NCBI GenBank assembly: GCA_031364925.1
Contig: JANLXC010000131.1
Span: forward strand, 423 to 64,422
DNA: 64,000 bases
Direction: 5' to 3'
DNA from: Burkholderiales bacterium
Lineage (GTDB): Bacteria > Pseudomonadota > Gammaproteobacteria > Burkholderiales > Usitatibacteraceae
The position numbers were made by a program, and so were the translations under genes. Numbering within the stretch: position 1 is the first letter of the stretch; every line of letters starts with the position of its first letter. Below the pieces are notes generated by a model, which was not told the DNA's origin, searched no databases, and saw only the letters and a program-made list of their open reading frames with translations. Shown piece by piece: positions 41,195 through 50,553 of the stretch.

Positions 41195-42306
41195 TCCGCA
41201 TCGGCACGGCGGGGTGGGCGCTGCCGGCCGATGCCTCGCGCTTCCCTCTCGCCGGTACGCACCTGCAGCGCTACGCGGCGATCTTCAACGCCGTGGAGAT
41301 CAACTCCTCGTTTTATCGCCCGCACCGAGCCGCGACCTATGCGCGCTGGGCGGACAGCGTGCCCGAGGACTTCCGCTTCTGCGTGAAGGTGCCCAAGGCG
41401 GTGACGCACGAGATGCGCTTCGTCGGTTGCACGGCGCTCCTCGACGAATTTCTCGCGCCGGTGCGCGCCCTTGGCGGCAAGCTTGGCTGCCTCCTTTTGC
41501 AGCTCCCGCCCAAGCTCGCGCTCGACACGGCCGCCGCCGCCTGCTTCCTGCGCGAGCTTCGCGAACGCCATGACGGAGCCATCGCCCTCGAGGCGCGCAA
41601 CGCGAGCTGGTTCGGACCGCTCGCCGACGAGCTCCTCTCGGCCCACCGCATCGCGCGCGTCGCCGCCGACCCACCGCGTGCTCCGCAAGACGGCACGCCG
41701 GGGGGATCGCGGGAGACCGCCTATCATCGGCTGCACGGCTCGCCGCGCATGTACTTCTCCGCCTATGAGCCGCGCGTTCTCGATGCGCTGGCCGCGGAGG
41801 TCCTGCGCGAGGCGGCCGGGGGAAGCCAGGCCTGGTGCATCTTCGACAATACCGGCGCGCGCGCGGCCATCCCCGACGCGTTGTACCTGCAGCGGAAACT
41901 CACGGCGCCGTCGCGGGGTCATAGCGGGCCTGCATCGCAAGGAACAATGATGAAAAGAAAGAACCTGCGCTTCGCGAACGGATTCCGCGTGGTCCTGGGC
42001 AACCAGCGCTCGCAGGCCGCCGAGATGGTCTTGAAGCCGGGCAAGGCGGAGGGCAACGCGCACAACAGGCACCGTGGCGCGGACCAATGGCTGTACGTGC
42101 TGTCGGGCGCCGGCGTGGCGACGGTGAACAAGCGCAAGTACTCCCTCAAGGCCGATTCGCTCCTTCTCATCGAGCATGGCGACGAGCACGAGATCCTCAA
42201 CACCGGGCGCGGACTGCTGAAGACGCTCAACTTCTATGTACCGCCCGCGTACGATTCCACGGGCGACGAGCTGCCCGCCGGCAAGCCCGGCGACAAGGAA
42301 AAATAG
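41191..42306 (+). CDS. DUF72 family protein; the reading frame continues without a stop into a cupin domain
   Basis: The conserved DUF72 N-terminus (L)IRIGTAGW begins at codon CTG 41191, which overlaps the upstream TGA (CTGA). There is no ATG/GTG/TTG in frame for 50 codons upstream. The first in-frame stop is at 42304..42306, after the cupin part. Confidence 0.6.
   Translation: MIRIGTAGWALPADASRFPLAGTHLQRYAAIFNAVEINSSFYRPHRAATYARWADSVPEDFRFCVKVPKAVTHEMRFVGCTALLDEFLAPVRALGGKLGCLLLQLPPKLALDTAAAACFLRELRERHDGAIALEARNASWFGPLADELLSAHRIARVAADPPRAPQDGTPGGSRETAYHRLHGSPRMYFSAYEPRVLDALAAEVLREAAGGSQAWCIFDNTGARAAIPDALYLQRKLTAPSRGHSGPASQGTMMKRKNLRFANGFRVVLGNQRSQAAEMVLKPGKAEGNAHNRHRGADQWLYVLSGAGVATVNKRKYSLKADSLLLIEHGDEHEILNTGRGLLKTLNFYVPPAYDSTGDELPAGKPGDKEK
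41947..42306 (+). CDS. cupin domain protein (possible independent start inside the DUF72 frame)
   Basis: ATG-ATG at 41947 with an AAGGA SD 4 nt upstream. GADQWLYVLSGAGVATVN ... LLLIEHGDEHEILNTG is a cupin_2 pattern. Confidence 0.55.
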   Translation: MMKRKNLRFANGFRVVLGNQRSQAAEMVLKPGKAEGNAHNRHRGADQWLYVLSGAGVATVNKRKYSLKADSLLLIEHGDEHEILNTGRGLLKTLNFYVPPAYDSTGDELPAGKPGDKEK

Positions 42307-42308
42307 CC

Positions 42309-43214
42309 ATGGCCCAGGGCGCCGATTCCACCAAGGCGGTGATCTATGCGCTCGGCGCGAACTTCGCCATCGCGGTCACCAAGTACATCGCGGCGGCGAT
42401 CACCGCCTCGGGCTCGATGTTCGCCGAGGCGATCCACTCCACCGCGGACTGCGCCAACCAGCTCCTGCTGTTGCTCGGCTTGAAGCGCTCCAAGCGTCCG
42501 CCCACCCTCGACTACCCGCTGGGCTTCGGCAAGGAGACCTACTTCTGGTCTTTCATGGTCGCGGTGATGCTCTTCAGCGTCGGCGGCATGTTCTCGATCT
42601 ACGAGGGATGGCACAAGCTGCACGAGCCCGAGGAGTTGAAGTACCCGCTGCTCGCCCTCGGCGTGCTCGCCTTCGGCATCGTCGCGGAAAGCTTCTCGAT
42701 GTGGGGGGCGCTGCGGGAAGTGAACAAGTCGCGCGGCGAGCAGAACCTGTGGGACTGGTTCCGCGGCTCGCGCAACAGCGAGCTGGTGGTGATCTTCGGC
42801 GAGGACCTGGCTGCGCTTCTGGGCTTGGCCTTCGCGTTCGTCGCGGTGCTGGCCACCTGGATCACCGGCAATCCCGTCTACGACGCGGCCGGCGGCATTG
42901 CGATCGGCATCCTTCTGGTGATCGTGGCGATCGCGGTGGCCATCGAGGTGAAGGCGCTTCTGATCGGCCAGGGCGTGGAAGCTCACGTGCGCACGGAGAT
43001 GGTGGCGTTCCTCGAGGGCCAGCCGGAGATCGTGCGCGTAATCGAGTTCCTCACGCTGCACATGGGCGGGGACGTGATGGTCGCCGTCAAGGCGGAGGTG
43101 CGCTCGCAGGGCAACGTCACCGCGTTCGTGGACAAGATCAACGAGATCGAGACCGCGTTCAAGGAACGCTTCCCGCAGACCGCGTGGATCTTCTTCGAGC
43201 CGGACGTGCGTTAG
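42309..43214 (+). CDS. cation diffusion facilitator (CDF) family transporter
   Basis: From ORF 42087..43214. Start at MAQGADSTKAVIYALGANFAI (ATG 42309). AEAIHSTADCANQ motif and a C-terminal cytoplasmic domain. Confidence 0.9.
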   Translation: MAQGADSTKAVIYALGANFAIAVTKYIAAAITASGSMFAEAIHSTADCANQLLLLLGLKRSKRPPTLDYPLGFGKETYFWSFMVAVMLFSVGGMFSIYEGWHKLHEPEELKYPLLALGVLAFGIVAESFSMWGALREVNKSRGEQNLWDWFRGSRNSELVVIFGEDLAALLGLAFAFVAVLATWITGNPVYDAAGGIAIGILLVIVAIAVAIEVKALLIGQGVEAHVRTEMVAFLEGQPEIVRVIEFLTLHMGGDVMVAVKAEVRSQGNVTAFVDKINEIETAFKERFPQTAWIFFEPDVR

Positions 43215-43218
43215 AGGC

Positions 43219-43497
43219 CTAGCGGCGCGCGCGGTTGTAAAGAAGGATCGCGCCGCCGGCGATGGCCGCGGCGAGGACGAGGGTGTTGCCGACCACGAAG
43301 ACCCGGTCGCCCACCAGCGCGCTATAGGTGAGGAAGAGCGCCGAGGCGACGATCTGGCCCATGAAGAAAAGTTTACTCACGCCGTGCTTTACCCGGTCGC
43401 GCCACTGTTTCCAGGCCTGTCCGCTCATGGTGAGGAAGAGTGCGGCCACGGCGGTCCATCCCACCCACTGCGTCGCATCCAAGCCGGAAAGGTTCAT
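43219..43497 (-). CDS. small 3-TM membrane protein (possible SemiSWEET/PQ-loop-like)
   Basis: The last 92 codons of a spurious 588-aa ORF. MNLSGLDATQWVGWTAVAALFLTMSGQAWKQWRDRVKHGVSKLFFMGQIVASALFLTYSALVG... has three hydrophobic helices. The family call is tentative. Confidence 0.55.
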   Translation of the reverse strand: MNLSGLDATQWVGWTAVAALFLTMSGQAWKQWRDRVKHGVSKLFFMGQIVASALFLTYSALVGDRVFVVGNTLVLAAAIAGGAILLYNRARR

Positions 43498-43617
43498 GCG
43501 GATCGGACTCCCCCGGGAACCCACGGTTCCTGTGTCCGGTCGCAAACAATTGGGAACAACGGGCTCGACGATTAAAATGCCGGCCAAACCGACGCGAACA
43601 AGACAGGGAGCGAAATT

Positions 43618-45120
43618 GTGAACGACTCGCCCAAGGCGATGCAGTACGAGGACGTCTCGGCCACCGGGATCAAGGGGCTGGACGATGTCCTTTTCGGCGG
43701 CCTCACGCCACATCGCCTCTATCTGATCGAAGGCGTGCCGGGCTCGGGCAAGACTACGCTCGCGATGCAGTTCCTGCGGGAAGGAGCCAGGAGGGGCGAA
43801 CCCGTCCTCTACGTGACGCTTTCGGAAACCGAGGAAGAGCTGCGCGCCATGGGCGAGGCCCACGGGTGGGACCTGAACGGAGTCACCATTCGCGAGCTGG
43901 TCCCGCCCGAGGAGAGCCTGCAGCCGTCCGAGCAGTACACGATGTTCCATCCCGCGGAGGTCGAGCTGTCGGAGACTACCCAAACCATCCTGGCCGACGT
44001 CGAAAGGTTGAAGCCCACGCGGCTCGCGTTCGATTCGCTCTCCGAGCTGCGGCTCCTCGCGGGCGATCCGCTGCGCTACCGGCGCCAGCTCCTCGCACTC
44101 AAGCAATTCTTCCGGGGGCGCAAATGCACCGTGCTCCTGCTCGATGACCTCACCAGCTCCGGGCGCGACCTCCAGGTGCAGAGCATCGCCCATGGCGTCA
44201 TCGTCCTCGAGCAGCTGCTGCCCGAATACGGGGCTGACCGCAGGCGCCTGCGTGTTTTGAAGCATCGTGGCCGCAACTTCCGCGGCGGCTATCACGACTA
44301 CCTGATCAGGGCGGGCGGCCTGGTGGTCTTCCCGCGCCTGGTCGCCGCGGAGCACCGCGCGCCGATCGAGGAGGCGCGCTTCTCCAGCGGCATACCGGCG
44401 CTCGACAAGCTTCTGGGGGGGGGCCTGGAACGCGGTACCAGCACGCTGATCGTAGGCGCGGCGGGGACCGGAAAGAGCTCGGTGGCTGCCCAGTTCGTGA
44501 CCCACGCGGCGCAACAGGGCGAACACTCCGCGATGTTCATCTTCGACGAAAGCAAGAGCACCCTCATTTCGCGCATGAGGGGCCTGGGGGTCGATCTGCA
44601 CAAGCATGTCGACGCGGGGCGTGTCGTGATCCACCAAATCGACCCGGCAGAGCTTACGCCCGGGGAATTCGCCAATCGCATCCGCACGGCCGTGGAGGAG
44701 CAGAACGCGAGATGCATCGTGATAGACAGCCTGAACGGTTACCTGAACGCGATGCCGGGCGAGCGCTACCTCACCATCCACCTGCACGAGCTCCTGATGT
44801 ACCTCGGCGAGAAGGCGGTGGCGACGCTCCTCATCGGGGCTCACCAGGGGCTCATCGGCTCGCAGATGCATACTCCGGTCGACGCGAGCTATCTCGCCGA
44901 CGCGGTCGTCCTCATGCGTTATTTCGAGGCGCGCGGGCGCGTGCGCCAGGCGATCTCCGTCATGAAAAAGCGCGGCGGGCAGCATGAGCGGACCATCCGT
45001 GCGTTCACGCTGGAGCCGGGCGGCATCAATGTCGGCGAGCCGCTGAAGGATTTTCGCGGCATCCTCACCGGCGTGCCCATGTATGACAGCCTTCCCGCGA
45101 CGGCGGCCGGAGAGGACTGA
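43618..45120 (+). CDS. KaiC-like double-domain RecA-superfamily ATPase
   Basis: GTG start with a GGGAG SD 7 nt upstream. Two KaiC-type domains with Walker A motifs GVPGSGKTT and GAAGTGKSS. LRVLKHRGRNF / ISVMKKRGGQH segments. Confidence 0.9.
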   Translation: MNDSPKAMQYEDVSATGIKGLDDVLFGGLTPHRLYLIEGVPGSGKTTLAMQFLREGARRGEPVLYVTLSETEEELRAMGEAHGWDLNGVTIRELVPPEESLQPSEQYTMFHPAEVELSETTQTILADVERLKPTRLAFDSLSELRLLAGDPLRYRRQLLALKQFFRGRKCTVLLLDDLTSSGRDLQVQSIAHGVIVLEQLLPEYGADRRRLRVLKHRGRNFRGGYHDYLIRAGGLVVFPRLVAAEHRAPIEEARFSSGIPALDKLLGGGLERGTSTLIVGAAGTGKSSVAAQFVTHAAQQGEHSAMFIFDESKSTLISRMRGLGVDLHKHVDAGRVVIHQIDPAELTPGEFANRIRTAVEEQNARCIVIDSLNGYLNAMPGERYLTIHLHELLMYLGEKAVATLLIGAHQGLIGSQMHTPVDASYLADAVVLMRYFEARGRVRQAISVMKKRGGQHERTIRAFTLEPGGINVGEPLKDFRGILTGVPMYDSLPATAAGED

Positions 45121-45123
45121 GAC

Positions 45124-47097
45124 TTGGCCGATCTTTCAACCCTCCTCCTGGAGAAACGCGTGCTCATCCTGGTGCCCAACGGGAAGGACGCGAACATGAC
45201 GCACGCCCTTCTTGCCGAGCAGGGGGTGCGCGGTTGCATATGCGCGGACATGGGGGAGCTGCTGCGGGAGATCGGCATGGGAGCGGGTGCGGTTCTCATC
45301 TCGGAAGAGGGCCTGCCCTCCGAGGACAAGCTGTACCAGCTGGGCGAAAGACTGTCGCGCCAAGCGCCCTGGTCGGACCTCCCGGTTCTGCTCCTCGCCC
45401 ATCCCGGAGCGAATGCAGGCGCCGTTCGCCAGACCGTACGCGTGCTCGGCAACGTGACGCTCCTGGAGCGCCCGGTGCGGGTGGCGGCGCTGATGACGGC
45501 GGTGCAGACTGCGCTGCGCGCGCGACAGCGGCAGTACGAAGCCCGCGAACATCTCTCCGACCTCGACGAAGTCGCGCGCGCGCTGCGCGACAGCGACAAT
45601 CGCCTCAAGGCGATCTTCCATAACGCCGCGGTAGGAATCGCCGAAGTCGACAGCACGGGCCGCATCGCGCTCGCCAACGACTCTCTTTGCCGGCTTCTGG
45701 GCGCGAGCCGCGCGTATTTGATGTCGAATTCTCTCGCGAATCTGGCGCACGTCGAGGACCGCGCCGACCTCGAAGCGAGCCTTGCGCGCGTCCTTGCAAA
45801 CGAAGCGGAGAGCTTCGTCTCCGAAAAACGCCTCCTTCATCGCGACGGCGCGGCCATCTGGGTGAAGCTTACCCTGTCGCTCGCGCGCACGGCAGGGGAA
45901 AGCGTAGCCCACGGCGTGGCGGTCATCGAGGACATCACCGAGCAGAAACACGCCGCCGAAGACTTGCGCGAGGCCGACCGGCGCAAGGACGAGTTCCTCG
46001 CGACCTTGGCGCACGAGCTGCGCAACCCGCTCGCGCCGATCCGCAACTCGCTGCACATTTTCCGGATGGCGGGCGTGCAGGATCCCGCGATCGCGCGGGT
46101 GACGGACATGTTGGAGCGCCAGGTCGGCCACATGGTGCGAATGGTCGACGATCTCCTCGAGATCTCGCGCATCAGCCGCGGCAAGATCGAGCTGCGCAAG
46201 GAGCGGGTCGATCTCGCCAGCGTGCTGAGGAACGCGGTCGAGACGAGCCTGCCGCTCATCGAGTCGGCGCGCCATCAACTCACGATGAACGTGCCCCCCG
46301 AGACCCTCGCGCTCGACGCCGATCCGGTTCGGCTGGCCCAGGTTTTCTCCAACCTCCTCAACAACTCCGCCAAGTACACGCCCGCCGGCGGAAAGATCAC
46401 GGTCGAGGTGTGTGTCGAGCACGGCATGGCCGTGATTTGCGTGAAGGACAATGGCGAAGGCATTCCGGAGCAGATGCTCGCGCGGGTCTTCAACATGTTC
46501 ACCCAGGTCAACACCGGCGTACGGGCCCAGGGCGGGCTCGGCATCGGCCTCACCCTCGCCAAGACCCTGGTGCACCTGCACGGCGGCACCATCGAGGCCT
46601 TCAGCCATGGTCCGGGCACGGGCTGTGAGTTCCTGGTGCGGCTTCCGCTCGCGGAGGCGGTTCGGGTGCGGGCGCGGCCGAATGCCGCGAAGGACGAGGC
46701 TCGTCCGCAACTGCGCCGTGTGCTCGTGGTCGACGACAACCAGGATGCCGCGGACAGCCTCGGAATGCTGTTGCAGTTCCTCGGTGCGGAGGTGATGGTG
46801 GTGCACGACGGCCCGTCGGCCCTCGCCGCGATGAAGTCGTTCGCGCCCGCGGTGGTGCTGCTCGATCTGGGCATGCCGGGGATGAGCGGGCTCGAGGTGG
46901 CGCGGCGCATGCGCGAAGATCCCGACATGCGCGGCATGACATTGGTCGCTCTCACCGGATGGGGCCAGCGCGAGGACCGCCGCCGCACCGCCGAAGCGGG
47001 CTTCGACCACCACTTGGTCAAGCCCGCCGACCTGGGCGCCCTGCAGTCGATCCTCGGGGTAGGCGAAACCGGCGGCTCGTCGGCCACGCGTCATTGA
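45124..47097 (+). CDS. hybrid sensor histidine kinase: pseudo-receiver, PAS, HisKA, HATPase, receiver
   Basis: TTG start 3 nt after the kaiC-like stop. The N-terminal CheY-like fold lacks the acceptor Asp (VLISEEGL). PAS (IFHNAAVGIAEVD). H-box LAHELRNPLAPI. G-boxes. C-terminal receiver VLLLDLGMPGMSG. Confidence 0.9.
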   Translation: MADLSTLLLEKRVLILVPNGKDANMTHALLAEQGVRGCICADMGELLREIGMGAGAVLISEEGLPSEDKLYQLGERLSRQAPWSDLPVLLLAHPGANAGAVRQTVRVLGNVTLLERPVRVAALMTAVQTALRARQRQYEAREHLSDLDEVARALRDSDNRLKAIFHNAAVGIAEVDSTGRIALANDSLCRLLGASRAYLMSNSLANLAHVEDRADLEASLARVLANEAESFVSEKRLLHRDGAAIWVKLTLSLARTAGESVAHGVAVIEDITEQKHAAEDLREADRRKDEFLATLAHELRNPLAPIRNSLHIFRMAGVQDPAIARVTDMLERQVGHMVRMVDDLLEISRISRGKIELRKERVDLASVLRNAVETSLPLIESARHQLTMNVPPETLALDADPVRLAQVFSNLLNNSAKYTPAGGKITVEVCVEHGMAVICVKDNGEGIPEQMLARVFNMFTQVNTGVRAQGGLGIGLTLAKTLVHLHGGTIEAFSHGPGTGCEFLVRLPLAEAVRVRARPNAAKDEARPQLRRVLVVDDNQDAADSLGMLLQFLGAEVMVVHDGPSALAAMKSFAPAVVLLDLGMPGMSGLEVARRMREDPDMRGMTLVALTGWGQREDRRRTAEAGFDHHLVKPADLGALQSILGVGETGGSSATRH

Positions 47098-48035
47098 AGC
47101 CCGGCGCGCTCGACGCTGGCTCGATCCGCGAGGCCGCGCGGCGCCTCGCGCCTCACATACGCCGCACGCCCGTTCTGGAAGTCGACGGAGCGGACTTCGG
47201 GGTTCCAGCCGTGCGCCTCGTCTTCAAGCTCGAGTTCCTGCAGCACGCCGGGTCATTCAAGACGCGAGGCGCGTTCAATCATTTGCTGACGCGTGACATC
47301 CCTCCCGTCGGCGTGGTCGCCGCCTCGGGCGGCAACCATGGCGCCGCGGTGGCCTACGCGGCGATGAAGATGAAGCGGCCCGCGACGATCTTCGTGCCGA
47401 GCGTGGCGTCCCCGGCCAAGATGGAGCAGATCCGCGGCTACGGCGCGCGCCTCAAGATCGCCGGCGAGCGCTACAACGACGCGCTGCTGGCCAGCCAGGA
47501 GTGGATCGCAAGATCGGGCGCCGCGGCGATCCACGCCTACGACCAGGAAGAGACGCTGCAGGGGCAGGCCACCGTCGGACTGGAATACGAAGAGCAGGCG
47601 CCGGATCTCGATGCGATGCTGGTGGCGGTAGGCGGCGGCGGGCTCATCGGGGGGATCGCCGCGTGGTACGCGGGACGCGTGCCGGTGATCGGCGTCGAGC
47701 CCGAGGAAGCGCCGACGCTCACGCGCGCCCTCGCGGCGGGCGAGCCCGTCGATTCCCCCGCGGGCGGAGTCGCCGCCGATTCGCTCGCCCCCAAGCGCGT
47801 GGGCACGATGATGTTCCCGATCGCGCAGCGCCATGTTTCGCGCACGGTGCTCGTCACCGACGACGCCATCCGCGACGCGCAGCGCGCGCTCTGGAAGACA
47901 CTGCGCATCGTCGTGGAGCCCGGCGGCGCAACGGCGCTCGCATCCCTCACCTCGGGCGCGTGGAAGCCGCAACCGGGCCAGACGGTGGGCGTGCTGCTGT
48001 GCGGGGCGAACACAACGGCGGTCGAGTTTCGCTAG
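47094..48035 (+). CDS. PLP-dependent threonine/serine dehydratase family protein
   Basis: From ORF 46959..48035. Probable TTG start overlapping the kinase stop (TTGA). FKLEFLQHAGSFKTRGA (PLP lysine) and SGGNHGAAVA. Confidence 0.8.
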   Translation: MKPGALDAGSIREAARRLAPHIRRTPVLEVDGADFGVPAVRLVFKLEFLQHAGSFKTRGAFNHLLTRDIPPVGVVAASGGNHGAAVAYAAMKMKRPATIFVPSVASPAKMEQIRGYGARLKIAGERYNDALLASQEWIARSGAAAIHAYDQEETLQGQATVGLEYEEQAPDLDAMLVAVGGGGLIGGIAAWYAGRVPVIGVEPEEAPTLTRALAAGEPVDSPAGGVAADSLAPKRVGTMMFPIAQRHVSRTVLVTDDAIRDAQRALWKTLRIVVEPGGATALASLTSGAWKPQPGQTVGVLLCGANTTAVEFR

Positions 48036-48044
48036 AGCTGCGCC

Positions 48045-49328
48045 TTAGAGCTGTGGACCGAGGAGCCCCAGCATGTGTTCCCACGCTTTTTCCGTAAGCG
48101 GGCGCGCCGCCCACTCCTCGTAGGTGACCCGCCTGGCCCGCTTCAGGTCGTTCTCGAACTCCGCTCCCTGGCGCTCGGCGAATTCGCGGTCGTGCACATT
48201 CAGGTTCGCCTCGTCGTTCAGGCGGAAGGAGCGGCTGTCGAAGTTGGTCGAGCCCACCGAGGTCCACAGGCCGTCGACCACCAGCACCTTGCAATGGAAC
48301 ATCGTGGGCTGGTATTCGTAGATCTCGGCGCCCGCCTTGAGGATAGGGCCCCAGGTCGAGCGCCCCGCGCGGCGCACCGTGGCGGAGTCCGTGTTCGCGC
48401 CGGGGAGGATGATGCGCACCTTCACGCCGCGCTTGAGCGCGGCTTCCAGCGTCTCGATCGCGACGTCGTCGGGGACGAAGTACGCCATCGACAGGTCGAT
48501 CGAGCGCGTCGCCGCCGCGATCGATAGCAGGTACATGAGGTGCGTACTGTCGGCACCGCCGTCGATGGAGCTCTTGAACATCTGCGCAAAGAGCGGGCCC
48601 GCCTCCTTCTGCGCCGGGAAGTAATCCAGGCCGTGCAGCACCACGCCGCTTACCTTGGTCCAATTGTCGGTGAAGGCCGCCTGCATCTGGTTGACCACCG
48701 GCCCTTCGACGCGGTAGTGCGTGTCGCGCCAGTGGTCCTTGTCCTGCGCATGACCGTTCCAATTGTCGGCGATGCCCACGCCGCCAGTGAAGCCCACGCG
48801 CCCGTCCACTACCAGGATCTTGCGGTGCGTGCGGTTGTTGAGGCGGTCGAGCGTGTACCACTTCAGCGGATGGTACTTCTCGATCTCCACTCCAGCGTCC
48901 TTCATCTCCTTCATCAGCTTCTCGTCCATCTTCTGGCTTCCGGCCCAGTCGACGAGAATGTGCACCTTGACGCCGGACTTGGCGCGCTCGGCGAGAGCTT
49001 CGGCGAATTTCTGACCGATGTCGCCGGACCAGTAGATGTAGGTTTCGAAGGAGATGGTCTTCCTGGCGGAACGGATTGCCTCCAGCATCGCCGGGAAGAT
49101 CTGGTCGCCGTTGAGGAGCGTGTCGATCTTGTTTCCGTCGACCAGGTTGGGGCCGAGAAGGACGCTCATCGTGCGGATGAATTGCGGATGGTCGATTCCG
49201 TACTCGTGCTCGATCCTCTTCTTCACCTCCTTCTCGGCGCCACCGACGAGGTTGGCGCCCAGCACCCCGACCACGCCGGTGACGAGGAGGATGAGGATCA
49301 GCTTGGGAAGGGAGATCCGGAACTTCAT
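48045..49328 (-). CDS. phospholipase D / cardiolipin synthase family protein
   Basis: 427 aa with an N-terminal TM. Two HKD motifs (THRKILVVDG..GGVGIADNW and FHCKVLVVDG..GSTNFDSRS). Confidence 0.9.
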   Translation of the reverse strand: MKFRISLPKLILILLVTGVVGVLGANLVGGAEKEVKKRIEHEYGIDHPQFIRTMSVLLGPNLVDGNKIDTLLNGDQIFPAMLEAIRSARKTISFETYIYWSGDIGQKFAEALAERAKSGVKVHILVDWAGSQKMDEKLMKEMKDAGVEIEKYHPLKWYTLDRLNNRTHRKILVVDGRVGFTGGVGIADNWNGHAQDKDHWRDTHYRVEGPVVNQMQAAFTDNWTKVSGVVLHGLDYFPAQKEAGPLFAQMFKSSIDGGADSTHLMYLLSIAAATRSIDLSMAYFVPDDVAIETLEAALKRGVKVRIILPGANTDSATVRRAGRSTWGPILKAGAEIYEYQPTMFHCKVLVVDGLWTSVGSTNFDSRSFRLNDEANLNVHDREFAERQGAEFENDLKRARRVTYEEWAARPLTEKAWEHMLGLLGPQL

Positions 49329-49359
49329 CGTAGTGGCCTCGCTCTCGCGCGAGGCGCGA

Positions 49360-49692
49360 TCAACGTCGGGAAATGCGCCTTGCGTTGCTCAGGGCGCGCT
49401 TGCGAAAGGGTCGCATGCCGCTGGCGAGGAGCCAGGGCCATTGGCTCCACACGTCGACGCCGCCGCGGCTTTGCATCGCGAGCCATTGGCGCGTCATCGC
49501 ATGGGAGGCTTCCAGCGCCGCCTCCATCTTCTCGCTGCCCATGGTGAAGAGCTGCGCGGGCGAGTTGCGCCGGTTGGTGCGGTGATGGATCACGCGTGCC
49601 GAGGCGGCGAACATCTCCATCGCCTGCAAGCCGAGTTGTCCCCACGCACGGTAGGGGTCGAGGGGCAGGGCTGTGCGGGTACGTTTGGTCAC
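49360..49692 (-). CDS. small hypothetical protein, phasin-like pattern
   Basis: 110 aa. FAASARVIHHRTNRR..FTMGSEKMEAALEASHAM resembles small granule-associated phasin-type proteins of Burkholderiales. This is from memory only. Confidence 0.45.
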   Translation of the reverse strand: MTKRTRTALPLDPYRAWGQLGLQAMEMFAASARVIHHRTNRRNSPAQLFTMGSEKMEAALEASHAMTRQWLAMQSRGGVDVWSQWPWLLASGMRPFRKRALSNARRISRR

Positions 49693-49743
49693 GCCGTACA
49701 GACAGCCATGCCCAACATGCGTTCCATGCCTCCTGGTTGATAT

Positions 49744-50493
49744 TCAATGAGATGTCAGGAGCCAGATGCCGCTCGCCAGGTAGAAGAAGCCGAGGGACAT
49801 CACGGTGGCACGCGTCCAGAACCGGAACGAGGCGTCGTTCATGCGCTCCAGCACGCGGCGCGAGAGCGAGGTGCCGGTGAAGGCGAGCACCACCATGATC
49901 GCCGCGAGCAGCGGGTGGACGGTGCCGCCTTCGGCGGCGACGAACGCCCCGAAATAGAGGATCTTCAGGATGTGCGACAGGCTCTGCGTCATCGCCTTGG
50001 TGGCGACTACGGCGTGGCGGGTCATTTGCGAGCGCACGAAGAACACATCGAGGATCGGCCCCGAGACTCCGGCGGTGAGCGAAAGCGCGGAGCAGATCGC
50101 GCCGCAGGCGAAGGGATGGCCGCGCCGCTCGACGTTCAGATGCAGCTTCTCCGGGAGCGCCAGCGCGAGGAAGGGCGTCAAGCCCATCACGATGAGCGCG
50201 ATCGGCTTGCCCACCACCAGCTTCACCGCCGCGAAGACCGCGGTGGCGATGAGCGCGCCGTAGAGATAGCCGCGGAACACGCGCCAGTCGACCGACTTTC
50301 GCCACAGGAAAGCGCGCCACGCGTTGGAGGCGAGCTGCGTGATCCCGTGCAGCAGCATCGCCACCGGCAGCGGCAGCAAGGCGAGGAGTATCCCCATGAG
50401 GATCATGCCGCCCGCCATCCCGAGGATCCCGGAAATGAACGAGGTGACGAGCGCGGAAACCGCGAGGATGGTTAGTACGAGTACCGACGGCAT
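49744..50493 (-). CDS. TauE/SafE family sulfite/anion exporter
   Basis: 249 aa, about 7 TM. GILGMAGGMILMGILL and a second GVSGPILDVF repeat. Confidence 0.9.
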   Translation of the reverse strand: MPSVLVLTILAVSALVTSFISGILGMAGGMILMGILLALLPLPVAMLLHGITQLASNAWRAFLWRKSVDWRVFRGYLYGALIATAVFAAVKLVVGKPIALIVMGLTPFLALALPEKLHLNVERRGHPFACGAICSALSLTAGVSGPILDVFFVRSQMTRHAVVATKAMTQSLSHILKILYFGAFVAAEGGTVHPLLAAIMVVLAFTGTSLSRRVLERMNDASFRFWTRATVMSLGFFYLASGIWLLTSH

Positions 50494-50553
50494 GGCCGCC
50501 GTACGGTAGCACGGGTTCTAGCGGTGCCATCCGCGCCCGATCGAGTACGCTAT

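Noticed and set aside
43219-44985. 588-aa minus-strand ORF
   Set aside because: Only the last 92 codons (a 3-TM protein starting MNLSGLD) lie outside the KaiC-like gene. The upstream part is antisense to it.
45136-47094. 652-aa minus-strand ORF
   Set aside because: It is antisense to the hybrid histidine kinase, which has H-box, G-boxes and receiver motifs.
48045-49328. Phospholipase-D protein as a nuclease-type defence effector
   Set aside because: It has two HKD motifs, an N-terminal TM and ClsB-like length, which fit a cardiolipin/phospholipid synthase. There are no defence-type neighbours.
49688-49705. GCCGTACAGAC, a partial match to the conserved stress-promoter box
   Set aside because: Only about 11 nt match. 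It overlaps the start codon of the phasin-like ORF rather than a promoter position. That level of match is expected by chance.
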